Source of the DNA: Octopus bimaculoides
Taxonomy: Eukaryota
Length of the DNA stretch: 64,000 bases
NCBI RefSeq assembly: GCF_001194135.2
Contig: NC_068987.1
Coordinates: forward strand, 11,394,643-11,458,642
Direction: 5' to 3'
The position numbers and the translations under genes were made by a program. The notes below the pieces were generated by a model. It saw only the letters and a list, made by a program, of their open reading frames with translations. It had not been told where the DNA came from and searched no databases. Each line of letters begins with the position of its first letter. Position 1 is the first letter of the stretch. Positions 37,064 through 52,027 of this stretch are shown piece by piece.

Positions 37064-37507
37064 TAGCCCTTTTGATACCAAACCACTTGTAGCCCCCGTC
37101 AGGTTTTAAGATTCACACTTCCTGGTTTAACACTTAAGCATTTAAAATGGCCTTATCCAGCCCAAATATTCTCTGTTTTATGTTCAAACTGGCCGGATCG
37201 AACCTCTCACACCTATGCTACAATGTCATTTTAAGAATTAATCACATCATCAACATCTTGAAGCTTTGAGATAATGCATGATTAATTCAAATGAACGTGA
37301 ATAAATAAATTTCATTTAACAGAATAATCTGAATGCTAAAGGGTTAAAATGATCTAAATTTTTAAAACCTTCCACCAAATTTCATGTTAATGTTTTTTCT
37401 AAGTACCTTCTTAAAAATTATTTCAGTAAATTCTCCATCATTTTCAAAATTAATTAATGCAAAGTGAGCAGCCAATTTTAACTGAAATATGGTAACAAAA
37501 AGATTAA
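37064..37507 (+). mobile_element. TTAA MITE family 2 containing a family 1 copy (37127-37347)
   Basis: Outer ends cccttttgatacca and tggtaacaaaaaga-ttaa; inner copy bounded by TTAA. Confidence 0.75.
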
Positions 37508-37639
37508 GGTACTAACAACAGGCACTCCATTGGTTACGATGGTGAGCGTCGGAACAGCCTGCTCAGGGAGATTTGGCAGGACACAGAATATAACAAGGGT
37601 AGACCTTTGAAATACAGGTACAGATGACAAAATCACAAT

Positions 37640-37845
37640 CATGGCAGATACTGGTGTCATGCAAATGGCACCCTTGCCAGTGGCATGTAAAAGCACCCAT
37701 TGCACTCAGAGTGGTTGGTGTTAGGAAGGGCATCCAGCTGCAGAAGATCATGCCAAATCAGACTGGAGTCTGGTGCAGCCTTCCAGCCCCGGTCAAACTG
37801 TCCAACCCATTAACAACAGACGTTAAATGATGATGATGATGATGG
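37640..37845 (+). mobile_element. RTE-type 3' tail fragment (family E)
   Basis: ggttggtgttaggaagggcatccagc...gacgttaaat(gat)n. Confidence 0.8.
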
Positions 37846-38319
37846 GTGGACTGAAGCAACATGAAATAAAGGGTCTTGATGTAGGACACAACATACTGCT
37901 GGAAATTGAACTCGCGACCATATGATTGTGAACCGAATGCCCCTAACCACTAAACAACATGCCTTCACAATTAAGATACTACAGGACTTAGTAGAGAGGG
38001 TTGAGGTCTATAACTTGTGATTAATTTACATCTAGTTTGATCACCCCTCACACCAGGTCAAACATCACTCCATCAAATACTGACGGCATGAAAAAATAAC
38101 CTTTTACACATCGTAAAGTGTTTGACATTAGGAAGGGTATCCAGCCACAGAAATCCTGGCATAGCAGATATTGAAGCACAATACTCTCCTTGGGTCCATT
38201 CGATCCTGTTATAACATCCGACCCCTGCTAGCATGGAACGTGAACATTAAATGATGATGGCCGGTCAGTAAAATATACATCAATAATAAACAGGTCTTTA
38301 GTCAACTCTCCAGATTGCC

Positions 38320-38550
38320 TTAACCTTTTAGCATTCAAACCAGTCAAATATCCTGTCCAAATATTCTATTTGTTTTATGTTCAAGCTGGTTATCTCTGGC
38401 CTCTCACACCTCCTCTACAATGTCATTTTAAAAATAACTAATCACATCATCAAAATCTCAAAGCTATGAGATAATGCTTGATTTATTAAAATTACTGTGA
38501 ATAAGTAAGTATTACATTTGAATGAATAACCTGAATGTTGAAAGGGTTAA
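38320..38550 (+). mobile_element. TTAA MITE family 1, full length
   Basis: TTAA-CCTTTTAGCATT ... AATGTTGAAAGGG-TTAA. Confidence 0.85.
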
Positions 38551-39624
38551 ATGAAAGCACTTGTGTCAATTAAAAAAATTATTTGCATATCTGTTCCAGT
38601 TTTCAGCAGACTGAGTTCAAGTCTTGAAATGGGTACTGATTAAAATCTTGGCTACTAATGAGTTTATTATCATTATTAAAGTCTAATACTTTTAGTTGAT
38701 TAAGCCAGTGTGTTTGTGTGCGAGCAAGTGGACCACACATCTGTTTAGAAAGCACCACAGGCTGGATATTGTGTTGGGGACATAGAAAATTTGATTGCAA
38801 TTAGTTCACTAAATTTTGACTCAACGCCAGCAATTTTAGGAGAGGGGGTAAGTCAATTATATCAACCCCTAGTGCGTAACTGGTATTTCACGTAGTTTAT
38901 CCTGAAAGCTCAAAGGCTAGCTCAACCTCGGCAGAATCTTAACTAAGAAGTTAAATATGAAGGAACCGCAGCTAAGCATTTTGTCTGGTGTGCTAATGAT
39001 TCTGCCAGCTTACTTTCTTGTAGTCCACTAAATATATTATTGGCTGCACAGAAGTGCTGGTGTGTCTGAGTGGTTAAGAAGTTTGTTTCCCAACCACTGG
39101 GTTCCGAGTCCAGTTCCACTGTATAGCACCTTGAGCATATGTCTTCTACTATAACCCAGGGCTGATCAAGGCCTTGTGGATGAATTTCATTATCATCATC
39201 AACATTTAATATTTGTTTTCCATGCTGGCATGGGTTGGACAGCTTGACAGGAACTGGAAAGGCCTGGGACCACACCAGATTCCATAATCTGTTTTGGTTT
39301 GATTTTTACAGCTGGATGCCCTTCCTAATGCCAACCACTTGACAGAGTCTACTGGATGCTTTTTATGCGGCACCTCAGTTTTAGGATCTCAGTTNNNNNN
39401 NNNNNNNNNNNNNNNNNNGGGTCTTCTTGCATATAGCAATTTGGTGGATGGAAACTGAAAGAAGCTTATCAAATATATGTATGTTTGTGTCACCTTGTCT
39501 TGATATTGCTTGATTGTTGTAAACCAGTGCTAGTGTCATTACAGGCATGTCATTCATTTCTAATCTTCTATGAAAACACATCTAGCCATGGGGGGAAATA
39601 TTACCTTACTTGGAAACATGACTT

Positions 39625-40185
39625 TTAGAGGTCCCCTGCAACTTTTTATTTTGAGGCCCCATCCCTTCAATCAAAATTCATGGTCTATGCACCTTTTATT
39701 CATAGCTATACATTACTTTATTCTATCTGAAGTTCAATATTTCACATTATCCTAAAGAACATCTTTAAAAGTACAAGTTAAATTTACTTAAATCTATTAC
39801 AAATTGCAATAAGTAAAACTTCCAGATATGAAAAAAAAAGAGCACTTTTATAATCCGGGCAACTTTCAAAGACAAACATGGTGCACCTTTCACTTTGTGA
39901 AATCATCAATCGGTTCAGAATAATCAAGCTGAGGGCTAAGTTCATGTTCAATAGATATCATAGACGATCCACAAAGTCTGGTACACGTTCGTCATACAAT
40001 GTAATATTTTTTCAAGAACTTTTGCAGGTACAATGTATTACCATTTTCTTGAAATTTTCAGTTAACTTAGATTGTTTAATTCTTGTTCAACATCTTAACC
40101 AAAGTAAATAGATGACTCATCTACGTACTTAGATCTTAACATGGGGGGGTCCCTCGACTGCGGAGGCCCCCTGCGTGCGCCCTAG
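39625..40185 (-). mobile_element. hAT transposon remnant carrying the transposase C-terminal dimerisation segment
   Basis: Minus frame RLCGSSMISIEHELSPQLDYSEPIDDF (~39895-39985) matches the hAT motif RL..L.MISIE.EL...LDY..LIDDF. GC-rich gggggccccc-type ends. Splits an RTE tail fragment. Confidence 0.75.
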
Positions 40186-40853
40186 GTTTGAGAAACAGGA
40201 AGGACATCCGTCCATGGCAGAAAATCTGCCTTTACCAATTCTGTCCAACTCGTGCAAGGATGAAAAAATAGACATTGAAACAATGACGATGATGACGCTA
40301 GAGATTTGATTATTACAACCAGAAAATTCTCTCCATCGAAGTTGTTCCTTAATATTCTAATGTATGACGAACATTTAACAATGATGGCATCATCTAACAA
40401 ACCAGCTCAATATGTTGAACAGACCAAAACCTCTGCAATATTAATCATAAAGCCGTTGACAGCCAAGCAACCCCCGTCTCCCACTCTGCCAACACTTTTC
40501 AATGCAGCTCTTCAATTGGTTGTTGTCATAAATTCAATGATACATAGCGAGTTAACTCAAAATAATTAATGCCAATTATATTCACCGTTGATCCAACAGT
40601 TAACATCTCCTTTGCATATGAAAAGTTTGGAGGGGGGGGCAGCGTTGTGTGTGTGTGTGGTGGGGTGATGTTTGAGGAGCTGATAACAATAACTGGAATG
40701 AATCACCTGATAACAATTGGATTTTTCATAGAATCAATAGATTGCCAGCCGCAAATGACAATAGATCCTAACAGGACAGACAAAATACCTAACAGGCGGC
40801 TTATAAACCAAATATAGATGGAAACAGTTGCTTTTAGAAAACCACTACTTCTC

Positions 40854-40891
<38 letters not shown>

Positions 40892-41582
40892 AACACACAT
40901 ACACATGCAATTGTTTGAAATTATAAAAAATAAAAAAAAGTCTATTTTGTTAGTATAGATACTGCAGTGGTAGATTGGTTGGCAGAATTGTTAGAATGTG
41001 AAGAGCTAGTGCAAACCATTTTTTCCTGATGCTCTGAGTTCAAATCCTGCTGAGGTCAAATTTGCCCTTTTTTTTTTACCTTTCATCCCTCCCGGGAATA
41101 CGATAACTAGTACTGAGGTCGTTACAGTCAACTAAGCCCCTCCCCTCAAAACTACTTTGTGCCTGTGTCAGAAACACTAACAGGACATTAGAGAGTGGAT
41201 GAGTTAACTTATAAGCTAGTTCCTAGCGTGCTTCTACTGCCCCCCCCCTTATAAGATATTAAAATGTGGGGAGCATTAAGGGCACATTAAAGAATAATGA
41301 ATGGTTAGTCCCCATTACTCACTGAAGAGCATAAGGCCCGGCTTCCTGGCTTGGTGATTATATTCCTCCCTGGATGGGACACTAGTCCATCCGCAAGATT
41401 TTTTTTTTTTACTAGCTGAGTGAACTGGAGCTACATGAAATAAGTATTTTGCTCAAGAAAACGCTTTGCCTGGTCCAGGAATTGAAAACACGATCTTATG
41501 ATCACAAGTCCAACAGCCTAACCACTAAGCCACGTATCTCTACAAAGGAAGAATAAATACTTCACAGCATTCATTTCTATCT

Positions 41583-41746
41583 AGGCACAGGAGTGGCTGT
41601 GTGATAAGTAGCTTGCTTACCAACCACATGGTTCCAGGTTCATTCCCCACTGTGTGGCACCTTGGGCAAGTGTCTTCTACTATAGCCTCGGGCAGATCAA
41701 AGCCTTGTGATTGGATTTTGTAGACGGAAACTAAAAGAAGCCTGTC

Positions 41747-41778
<32 letters not shown>

Positions 41779-41937
41779 ATGTTAGTGTGTCTGTGTTTGT
41801 TCCCGTGACTTAGTGGTTCGGCAAAAGGGGCTGACAGAATAAGTATTAGGCTTACAAAGAATAAGTCCTGGGTCGATTTGTTCGACTACAGGTGGTGCTC
41901 CAGCATGGCCACAGTCAAACTGACTGAAACAAATAAG
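41583..41937 (+). mobile_element. SINE family B
   Basis: Head ggcacaggagtggctgtgtgataagtagc and tail ccagcatggccacagtcaaactgactgaaac. Confidence 0.9.
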
Positions 41938-44900
41938 AGAAAACCTCTTCGTTCGTTTCATCCTTCTTCTTTCATAAGATATGCTTGCTGGTTTTGTTTC
42001 TACCAAGACCTTGTTTGTGTTCCAAGTTCTCCCACATTTCCCTGTTAAGTCGTGTTTCTCATAGCCTCATCTTGTTATCTATAGAGACCAGGCTTTCCTC
42101 ACTTTACAGAATAAAGTGCATTTACAACAAAATTACAAGCAATGGAGCAGATGTTGCTCTCTGGTAAGAAGCTTGCTTCCAATCACATGGTTCCAGGTTC
42201 AACCCCACTATTTGGCACCTTGGACAAATGTCTTCTACTATTATAGCCTTGGGCCAACCAAACCGTAAGGATTAGAGTGTTGCACACGCTATCATGAGAT
42301 CATGGTTTCAGTTCCTGGATTGGGTGGTGCATTGAGTTCTTGAGCAGAACACTTCATCTCATCACTTTGGCACATGGTACACCATGCACCTGTTGAAGTA
42401 ACACCAATTTGATAGAGGAAGCGAGCTAATACATTTGATCACTATAAACAAATCCCTTGTGCAGGTCGTTCAGCTAGAGACTGTGGAACCATCTTTCTTA
42501 AGACTACAAGAGATAACCATCGCATTACAGATATAGCCTTCGGTGTCTGTGTTGTGTTCTGTTGGAAGTGATGACAGTGCGCTCCAGCCACTACTGTGTC
42601 ACTTCACTTGTCATCAGAGCCCCACAGTCAGCAGTTAATTAAATAGACTCAGTTTATGACTGGTACTTTATTTTATTTGCCCCGGTAGGATGAAAAGCAA
42701 AGCAAAGCAAAATTCAATGCAAGTCAGTGCAAACATCACAAGATCTTATGGACCCAGTACTTCACTGGTACCTAATTTTATCGGCGCCAGTGGGTTGAGA
42801 AAGAAAGCAAATTTGACCCAAATAAGTTTTGTTACATATCAAGCTAGAGTAAAATGATACAAGATCTTGTGGACCCAGTGCTTGATTAGTGCCTTTATTG
42901 GCCCCAGTAGGATGCAAAGCAGAGCCATGTTGACCCCAAGCGGGATTCAGAAAATAACAAACCAGACCAAATAATACAAGGCCTTGTGCCTAAGGAAGAA
43001 ATCAATATGAAGTGTAAGTCAGTGCTGTCAAGGAATAATAATAATAGTAATAATAATGCACTACTCACTGTCATGGAGTGTGCAGCAGCAACAGCTGTGA
43101 TTGTAGTGCAGTATTCATTAACATGGAGTGAAAGTACTGCATTCAATTTCATGGTGTATAGAAAGTACATCGACAGCTGTGGAGATTATAAAACACACTT
43201 GTGTGAAATATACACCACTCAAGTGTCGTATGTTGAGTTCTGGCAAATAGAATGATTTGAATATATCTAAGAAAAATATTAAAAAAATAATAATAAAAAA
43301 AATTTTTTTTTAAACCTCTGGATTTTCTTTTAAAGAAATAACTGGCACCTAAGCACACGCGCGCACACATACACTCACATTAAAAAAAACTGGTTGCTGT
43401 GAAAATTATTCAATTTAATTCATAAACTTTTTTTTATTTTATTTGCTTTTTTTTTTCTATCTTATTTATTTATTTATTTATTTTTTAACTAAGTACAATT
43501 CTCTGTGATGCTGCCATAATGGTTGTATGTTCTTTTAGCTGAATTAAGACTGTCTCAGCAGAATATTCAATAAGTAGAGATAAGAACCATGGGTGTTTTT
43601 CATTGTTAGTTCCTGTGCTATTGAATGTCGTGGTATTTAATCTTATAATTAAATCTCTTGGCATTTTCTCTCTCTCTTTTCACTTTTGAAATATAAGTGA
43701 GGTAAGATGAGAAAGCGAATTTCAATACATGTTCTCTGTGATTAAAGCTTTCCTCTGCATCCTTTTATTCAAAGGTATCTTTTTATAACAGTCTTTTCTG
43801 AAATTTATGTAACTTCTAAAATTCCGTCATTTAAGCTTAAATAAGTTGGTGAATTGTGCTTGATTTATTACACTGCAGCTAGAAAGTAAAACACACCACT
43901 GATGGGAAATAGCTGTGGCTTAATGCAATTTAATTTATAATTTATTGACTAATAAATACCTATGTGATACAGAACTAGCTGAGAAGTCTTCAAACCAGAT
44001 GAAATGAGTATAGGTTGTTAATCGAAGTAGAAATAAACCCCGGATTAAATATAGTAACGATCAAAAATTGAAAGAAAGTAAAATAAGAAGAAAGACCAAT
44101 GTGTTATTGAATGGCAGAGGAAGAATAGAGGGGGGGAAAAATATATATATTCTTTATTGAATGCAAAATGGAAAATAGATATTCGAATATTGACATATTG
44201 GTAACCATAGTGAATAGATTCTTTGTTGTAATCCATAAGTGCTGGAATAAGTTTCCAAATATTCCATTCTGTAGAGGAACAGATAGAACTTATTGGGGAT
44301 TTTGTTAATTATCATTAATATTGATGAGCTGGGGGGGGGGGTCTTTTTTTTTTTAATGAAAGATTGGGTATGTGGTTAAAAAGCATGCTTAGCAAGGACA
44401 TTAGTGATTTTAGGTTCAGTCCCACTGTGTGACACCTTGGGGCAAATGTCTTCTATTATAGCCCCAAGTGTTTGTGTGTGTGTGTGTGTTTGTGCATCTG
44501 TCCCCACCCATCACTTAACAACTAGTGTTGGTTTATTTATATCCTTGTAACTTAACAGTTTAGTAAACGATTTTTTAAATGAATTTAAAGTGACGGGAAG
44601 TAACTATGACAACATGTTGTAAGGCATCATTAGTTAGATTAGGTTTGTACATCTTCTGAATGGGACTGGAGAAAATTGTTTACGGAAAAAGGAACATTTA
44701 GTCTTTTAGGAAATTGAAATATCAGGGTCACATGAATTTATTTCTGAATTGGGTCTTTTGTCTATTACTTGTTTCAGTCTTTGGACTGCAGCCACTGTGA
44801 GGCACCACTTTCAAAGGTTTAGCTGAACAAATCAGCCCTGATTTTTTTTTTTTTACCCAAGTTTGTTACTTTATCAGTCTCTTTTGCCAAACCACTAAGC

Positions 44901-45311
44901 AATAGATACATAAATAAAACCAATACAGCTTGTCAAATGGTGCAGGGAACAAACACATACACACACACACACACACATATCTTTATATGATGGGCTTCGT
45001 CTCCTACTACATTCACTCAGAAAGCATTGGTCATCTTGGGGCTGGACCTAAAGCCATATGTTTGCATGCACAAATTCTATATGTATATGAGATATAACAT
45101 AAAACTTCCAATGAATGAAATCCATAAAGTTGCTCCTCCTCAAACAAATTGTAACAAAGCTAGGTTATTCCAGTTTCATATTCAATTCAGGGCCAAAAAA
45201 AAAAAAAAAACCTATCAGTTGAAACTCTAGCATTCCCGGGATCAAACAGTAAGGGAAACTTCATGAATAGAATAGTTGTACAGTTCTATATTTAAGAGAT
45301 GAGGAATTATG

Positions 45312-45457
45312 TACATTATTTACATTTGACGGATATTTGTCCTCATCTTGTTTGAAATTTCTCCAAGACACCTGATGAAGGCTGGAGGGTATATCAGCCG
45401 AAACGTGTTAACAAAAAACAAGATGAGGACAAATATCCGTCAAATATAAATAATGTA
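45312..45457 (+). mobile_element. Penelope-like element terminus: 41-bp inverted repeat enclosing a hammerhead-like core
   Basis: Arms at 45312-45352 and 45417-45457 (one mismatch). Core CTGATGA(45372-78)-A-GGCTG/CAGCC-GAAAC(45400-04). Confidence 0.65.
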
Positions 45458-47132
45458 GAATAGCTGTAGCTTGTAAATTCAAATTGTATTAACCTGTGTT
45501 CGTGGAACATGTAACTGTAATGTTCTGTGTCCATGGAGCAGTTACTCTGTGCTTCTGTGGTGGCTGTTGTCGTCTCATCTACCTTGTGTTTTCATAGGAC
45601 AGACCATGGTTTCATGTAGTGACCATGTTGTTTGTGTGTGAGTGAATGTTCTTACTGCTAATTGTCAAACTAGGTATGCTTAGACAGTGAAACAGAATTA
45701 CCATTATATTGTCATTTAGAAGGCAATGAATATTCTCTCATCTTTTATTAATTACATTTTTCTATTGTGCATGTTTGCTGAGCTATGAAGTTACAGAGGG
45801 CATAAACAGACCAACACTGGTTGTCAGGTGGTGAGTGGCAGACACACAAATACACACTCATGCATGTGCATACACACACAATCACACATTTTGTGTGTAT
45901 GTGTGTGTGTACACAAAACCGGCTTCTTTCAGTTTCCTTCTACCAAACTCAATAACAAGGCACTGAATTGATCAGCCTGTGAGTATAGTAGAAAACACTT
46001 GCCCAAGGTGCCACACAGGGGGACTGAACCTGAAACCATGTGATCGAGAAGGAAACTTCCTACCTCACAGCTCCGATTTCCCTACTGGCATGGGTTAGGT
46101 GGGTCAACATAATTGAAATCCTTTCTTATTCGGAGTTACTGCCATCTGAGACAGTTTAGAAGACTAGATCTTACTTGTACTTTACGTTTTTGGTTCGGGG
46201 TGTATGTATGCCGGATGTGTGTGTGTACACGTGCATACACACACACTGCTTTGGTGAAGACTTGTAATCTCTGTATGATGTGTGAGCTGTACAATGTCAC
46301 TGGATTTAAGTACTAAAGAGTATAACAGTACATTTGATTCTCTCTCTCTTCCCCCTATCTCGTCCTCTCTCTCTCTCTCGGCATATTAAAGGGAATGGGT
46401 TGGCCTTGCTCTCTTTAATTTGAGACGAGGGTCAGTTGGTGCACAAGTGTATAGCTTATATATTTTATCTAAATAGCTAAAGATTAAGAATTCAGATTGT
46501 AGCACCTGCTTTGAAGTCTTAAATAGATGATGAGAGCTTGGGTGAAGCTAATTTTAACTTGAGAAAGCCCTCATGCACCAACAGAATTTGTTTCACCACA
46601 AGTACACACGGTACTTGTTAATTTATCTTTTTCAAGTCACCTTTGTTAATATTCATGAATTTTTATTAAAATTTCACAGGAAGTTTTATAAACAAAATAC
46701 CACATAAACTGAATGATTATACGTTACCTTAGTCCTACTTACAGGTCAATCTATTTTTGTGATTGTTTTGTACTGGCGCTAAAATAGATTCCAGTGTATC
46801 TTGTGCAAGTAAAAAAAAAAACCCCAAGAAAATGTGTTTCTGTTTGTCTGTTAATTGTTAGTTTTAAGGTGCACTGAGTAAGAAATTTTGGAAAACCATT
46901 GTTGCACACGTGCGCTTGTGTATGTGTGTTCATATGTAGACATAAGAGTGCATGCATGTATGTGTATGCAATTATGTATATATAAATGTGTGTCCAGATT
47001 TCTAGACATGTATGTGTGTGTGTGTGTGTGTGTATGTATATATATACATACACACACGTGTGTGTTTTATGTCCTTAATGATGTGTATGTATAATAATTG
47101 TATGTAAATTTTTTCTATACAAGTACTTTTTT

Positions 47133-47224
<92 letters not shown>

Positions 47225-47506
47225 TGTGTATATATGTATATATATTTACGTGTATGTGTGTATGAATTTATGTATATGTGCATGTGTGCACACACAACAC
47301 GTGTAGATGGCCCAGTTGAGTTGTTGAGGAGTTCATTTCATAATCATGAGGTTCCGGGTTCGATCTTGATATGTGGCATTTAGTGCCAGTGTCATCATCA
47401 TCATCGTTTAACGTCTGCCTTCCATGCTGGCATGGGTTGGACGATTTGACAGGAGCCTACTCCAGACTTCTGTGTCTGTTTTGGTAGGGATTTTACGGTT
47501 GGATGC

Positions 47507-47536
<30 letters not shown>

Positions 47537-47537
<1 letters not shown>

Positions 47538-47751
47538 TCTTTTATTTGTCTCAGTCATTTGACTGCAGCCATGCTGGAGCACCGCCTTTAGTCGAACAAA
47601 TTGACCCCAGAACTTATTCTTTGTAAATCTCGTACCTAATCTATTGGTCTCTTTTGCCAAACCACTAAGTTACAAGGACGTAAACACACCAGCATCAGTT
47701 ATCAAGCGATGGTGGTGGGGACAAACACACACACACACATACATACATACA

Positions 47752-47830
<79 letters not shown>

Positions 47831-48000
47831 TTATTTGACAGGCTTCTTTCAGTTTCTGTCTACCAAATCCACTCACAAGGATTTGATTGGCCCAAGGCTA
47901 TAGCAGAAGACACTTGCCCAAGGTGCCACACAGTGGGACTGAACCCACAACCATGTGGTTGGGAAGCAAGCTACTTACCACACTGCCACTCCTACGCCTA
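47537..48000 (-). mobile_element. SINE family B with long internal (TA)n
   Basis: Reverse complement of head and tail around (TA)n at ~47755-47825. Confidence 0.9.
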
Positions 48001-49383
48001 TATGTTTAGGAACAGATTTACCCATGCGAAGGGGTGAGGTTTTTATGTCGCCAATATATAGCTATATTTCTCGTGTTTGTGTAAAAATGAATCAGTGTTG
48101 TTTCCATAATGTGATTCCATCCTGCAAAGTTCATATACTAAGCACTTAAATAGCAGTAATGAGAAAGGAGGAGGAGCAACGGAACAGTAGATGTAGGTGA
48201 ATAATAGTGACTATGAATGGATGAATAAATGAATGAAACAAAGCTAATTTAATGGCCATTCATAGAAATTAGCTCCATGTTAATGGGAAGTGATTAAGAA
48301 AATGAAGCCAAGAGTTGTTATTGAAACTCTGAAAATATCCGAGGGAAGAGTGATTGTTCCTTGTGTTAGTTATATTATTTGAAAAGCTGTTAAGATGCTG
48401 CAGTATAAACATTATATACTACAGAACTTACTTAATACAACTGAGAATCAAAGGTGGTGAGGGGTGTTTGTAGCTGGGAGGTGTTAAGGTAGTTATAGAT
48501 AAAAACTAAGGTGGTAAGTTTCTCTGTTAAAGCTTTAATGGTGTAAGGTGGAGCGGGGGTGATGTGTGAAGGTTATAGGTGTATGCATGGCTGTGTGGTT
48601 AAGAAGCTTGTTTTGCAACTGCGTGGTTTCGGGTTCGGTCCCACTGCATGGCAACCTTAAGCTTCTTCTATAATATACCTTGTGGGTGAATGTGGTAGAG
48701 TGACACTGGAAGCCGATCATGTGTGTGTGTGTGGGTATGTGTGCACCTTCAATACACAGGTGTGCTATCCTTGGTTCTACCTTTGTGACTTTATTATTCA
48801 AATACCTCGATTCTGTTGGATCCTGAAGGTACATATATCAATTGACCTCTCAATGAATTGATGATGTCCAACTGATGCCAGCATGGAAAATGGGTGTTAA
48901 ATGACGATGATGATGATGTGTGTTTCTTGTGTTTGTCCAACATCCCCTCTTGACAACTGGTGTTGGTTTGTTTATGTCCTTTTAACTCAACAGGGATAGA
49001 ATAAGCACCAGCTTAAAAATAAATACTGAGGACAATTTATTCAACTAAACTCTTCAACGTTGTGCTCCAGCATGGCTGCAGTCAAGTGATTAGAACAAGT
49101 AAAAGACAAAAGACATGTGCGTGTGTCTTTGTACCTGTTTTTGTTTTCTCTGCCACTACTTGACAACTGGTGTTGGTTTGTTTACATTCCCTTAACTTTA
49201 TGGTTCGGCTAAAGAGAACGATAGAATTAAGTAACAGATATGGAAAAAACAAATAAATACTGGGGTTAATTTGTTTGAGTTAAACCCCTTCAAGGTGGTG
49301 CCCCAGCATGGGCACAGTCCAGTGACTGAAATAAATAGAAGATACAGTGAAAAACGTAATCAATATTATGTTGTCAACATAAA

Positions 49384-49700
49384 AGGGTAAAGACCCCCTT
49401 TCGTTCATGAAAGACCATGGGATTGCACCTAGAAAGTTTCCCTCCGAGGCGCAAGTCTGGGCAGGGTTGTTTATGGAAGACCAGAAGTTGCCCGTGCATA
49501 CCAGACTCCCCTCTCCACGCCACCGATGTTATCCAAGGGAAAGGCAAAGGGGCCGATACAGCTTGGCACCAGTGACGTCACAACTCATTTCTACAGCTGA
49601 GAGAACTGGAGCGATGTGAAATAAAGTGTCTTGCACAAGAACACAACACAACCAGATCCAGGAATTGAACTCACAGCCTCGTAATTGTGAGCCCGACACT
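49384..49700 (-). mobile_element. SINE family D (CORE-like)
   Basis: Reverse complement of 27406-27735. Confidence 0.85.
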
Positions 49701-51068
49701 GAAGGTACATTAACCCATGTACCTTCAGTAATTATTGTCAGCATAATGAATGGCTTAATGAAGCAGAGATTGGGTAGCTTAAGGATTAACCTCTTCATCG
49801 GTACGAAAATCAGTTTTTACTAAACTCAAGGAATAAGTTTTACCTGAAGTGAATCTTCAGGAGTTTAAAACCCTTTAGAATTAAGACGGTGATATCTGAC
49901 CCTAGTTTACTACCTGTTTTATGTTCAAACTGGCTAGAACTTGCCTCTCACACCTACCCTAGAACGTAATTCCAAAATTATATTTAGTTATTTGTTAATG
50001 CATTTCAGCCAGGTGGCTGTGGTCATGCTGGAGCACCACCATGAAAGATATATTCACATCATTGAAATTTCAAAGCTACGAGATGATGCAGGATTGATTA
50101 GAACTGATGTGAATAAAAAAAAATCATATTTCTCAAGTAATCCCAATGCTTAATGGTCTTTTTGTTTTGTTTGTTAATTGTTATAATTAATCTTAGTTAT
50201 CTTTTACATGTTTCACTGAAATAAATTGTCCCCAGTTCTGTTTTTGAAATCTGATACTTGTGCGTTTTGCTGAACCACTAAGGGGGGTGTAAACAAACCA
50301 ACAGTACTTTTTCCTTTTTTTTTTTAAGCCTGGTACTTATTCTATCGGGCTCTGTTGCTGAACCACTAAGTTATAGGGACAAACACAGACACAAAGGACA
50401 CACATGCTGTGTGAGATTAAAGGATTCTCTCTCTCCCCTACTGAAAGCCAAGTATTCACTTAGAAGATATAGTGTGTTTTGAGGGGAGATTTGGCTGCTA
50501 TTTCTAGCGTGTTGAACTACCACATAGAAGCTCCCTTCTATAAGGGCTTTGACAAGACCAGCAGCAAACTGGGGGTGAGGGAGGAGAGAAAAAGTCACTA
50601 TTAAAATAATTTTAAAAGTGTCATTATTCTCTCTTCATTGTTTTAACTCGGTTATTTTGTAATCCTAATTAAATCTTATAAATTATAAATCCAATTAATT
50701 AACACCAATTAAAGCTTTCTCTTTTTTTTTTTCTTTTTGTTATTTAGCCTTGGTAGTGGTGTCATCCTATGGTCAAAATGCGTTCTAACCTAAATAATGG
50801 ATTTTTTTTTTTAGTCATAGCGAATCTAAGACTACATTATCCAATGTGTCATTTAAAAAAAAGGGGAGAGTTGACTTTTTTTTCTTTATTCTAGCAGGTG
50901 GAGTGACACAGCATAAAGGTCCCTTTGTTAGGATGACAGGATTTTTTTTTTCTTGTTGTTACTTGTATATGCCTTACCCTATAAAAACCTTACTTATAGA
51001 AGGAAGCTTGCTAGTTTATCTAAGCTAAAATTACTGACTTAGTAACATTATTTTAACACTTTCATTAC

Positions 51069-52027
<959 letters not shown>

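Noticed and set aside
42895-43255. ORFs of ~90 aa on both strands and a 108-nt minus-strand AG-GT segment
   Set aside because: No recognisable protein motif; partly (AAT)n and (GCA)n low complexity; no phase or context support.
43539-46732. Other plus-strand acceptor + short ORF combinations (AELRLSQQNIQ*, GQTMVSCSDHVVCV*, GSFINKIPHKLNDYTLP*)
   Set aside because: ORFs of 10-17 codons after an AG are expected by chance at this AT content, and they lack independent support such as a repeat-free UTR.
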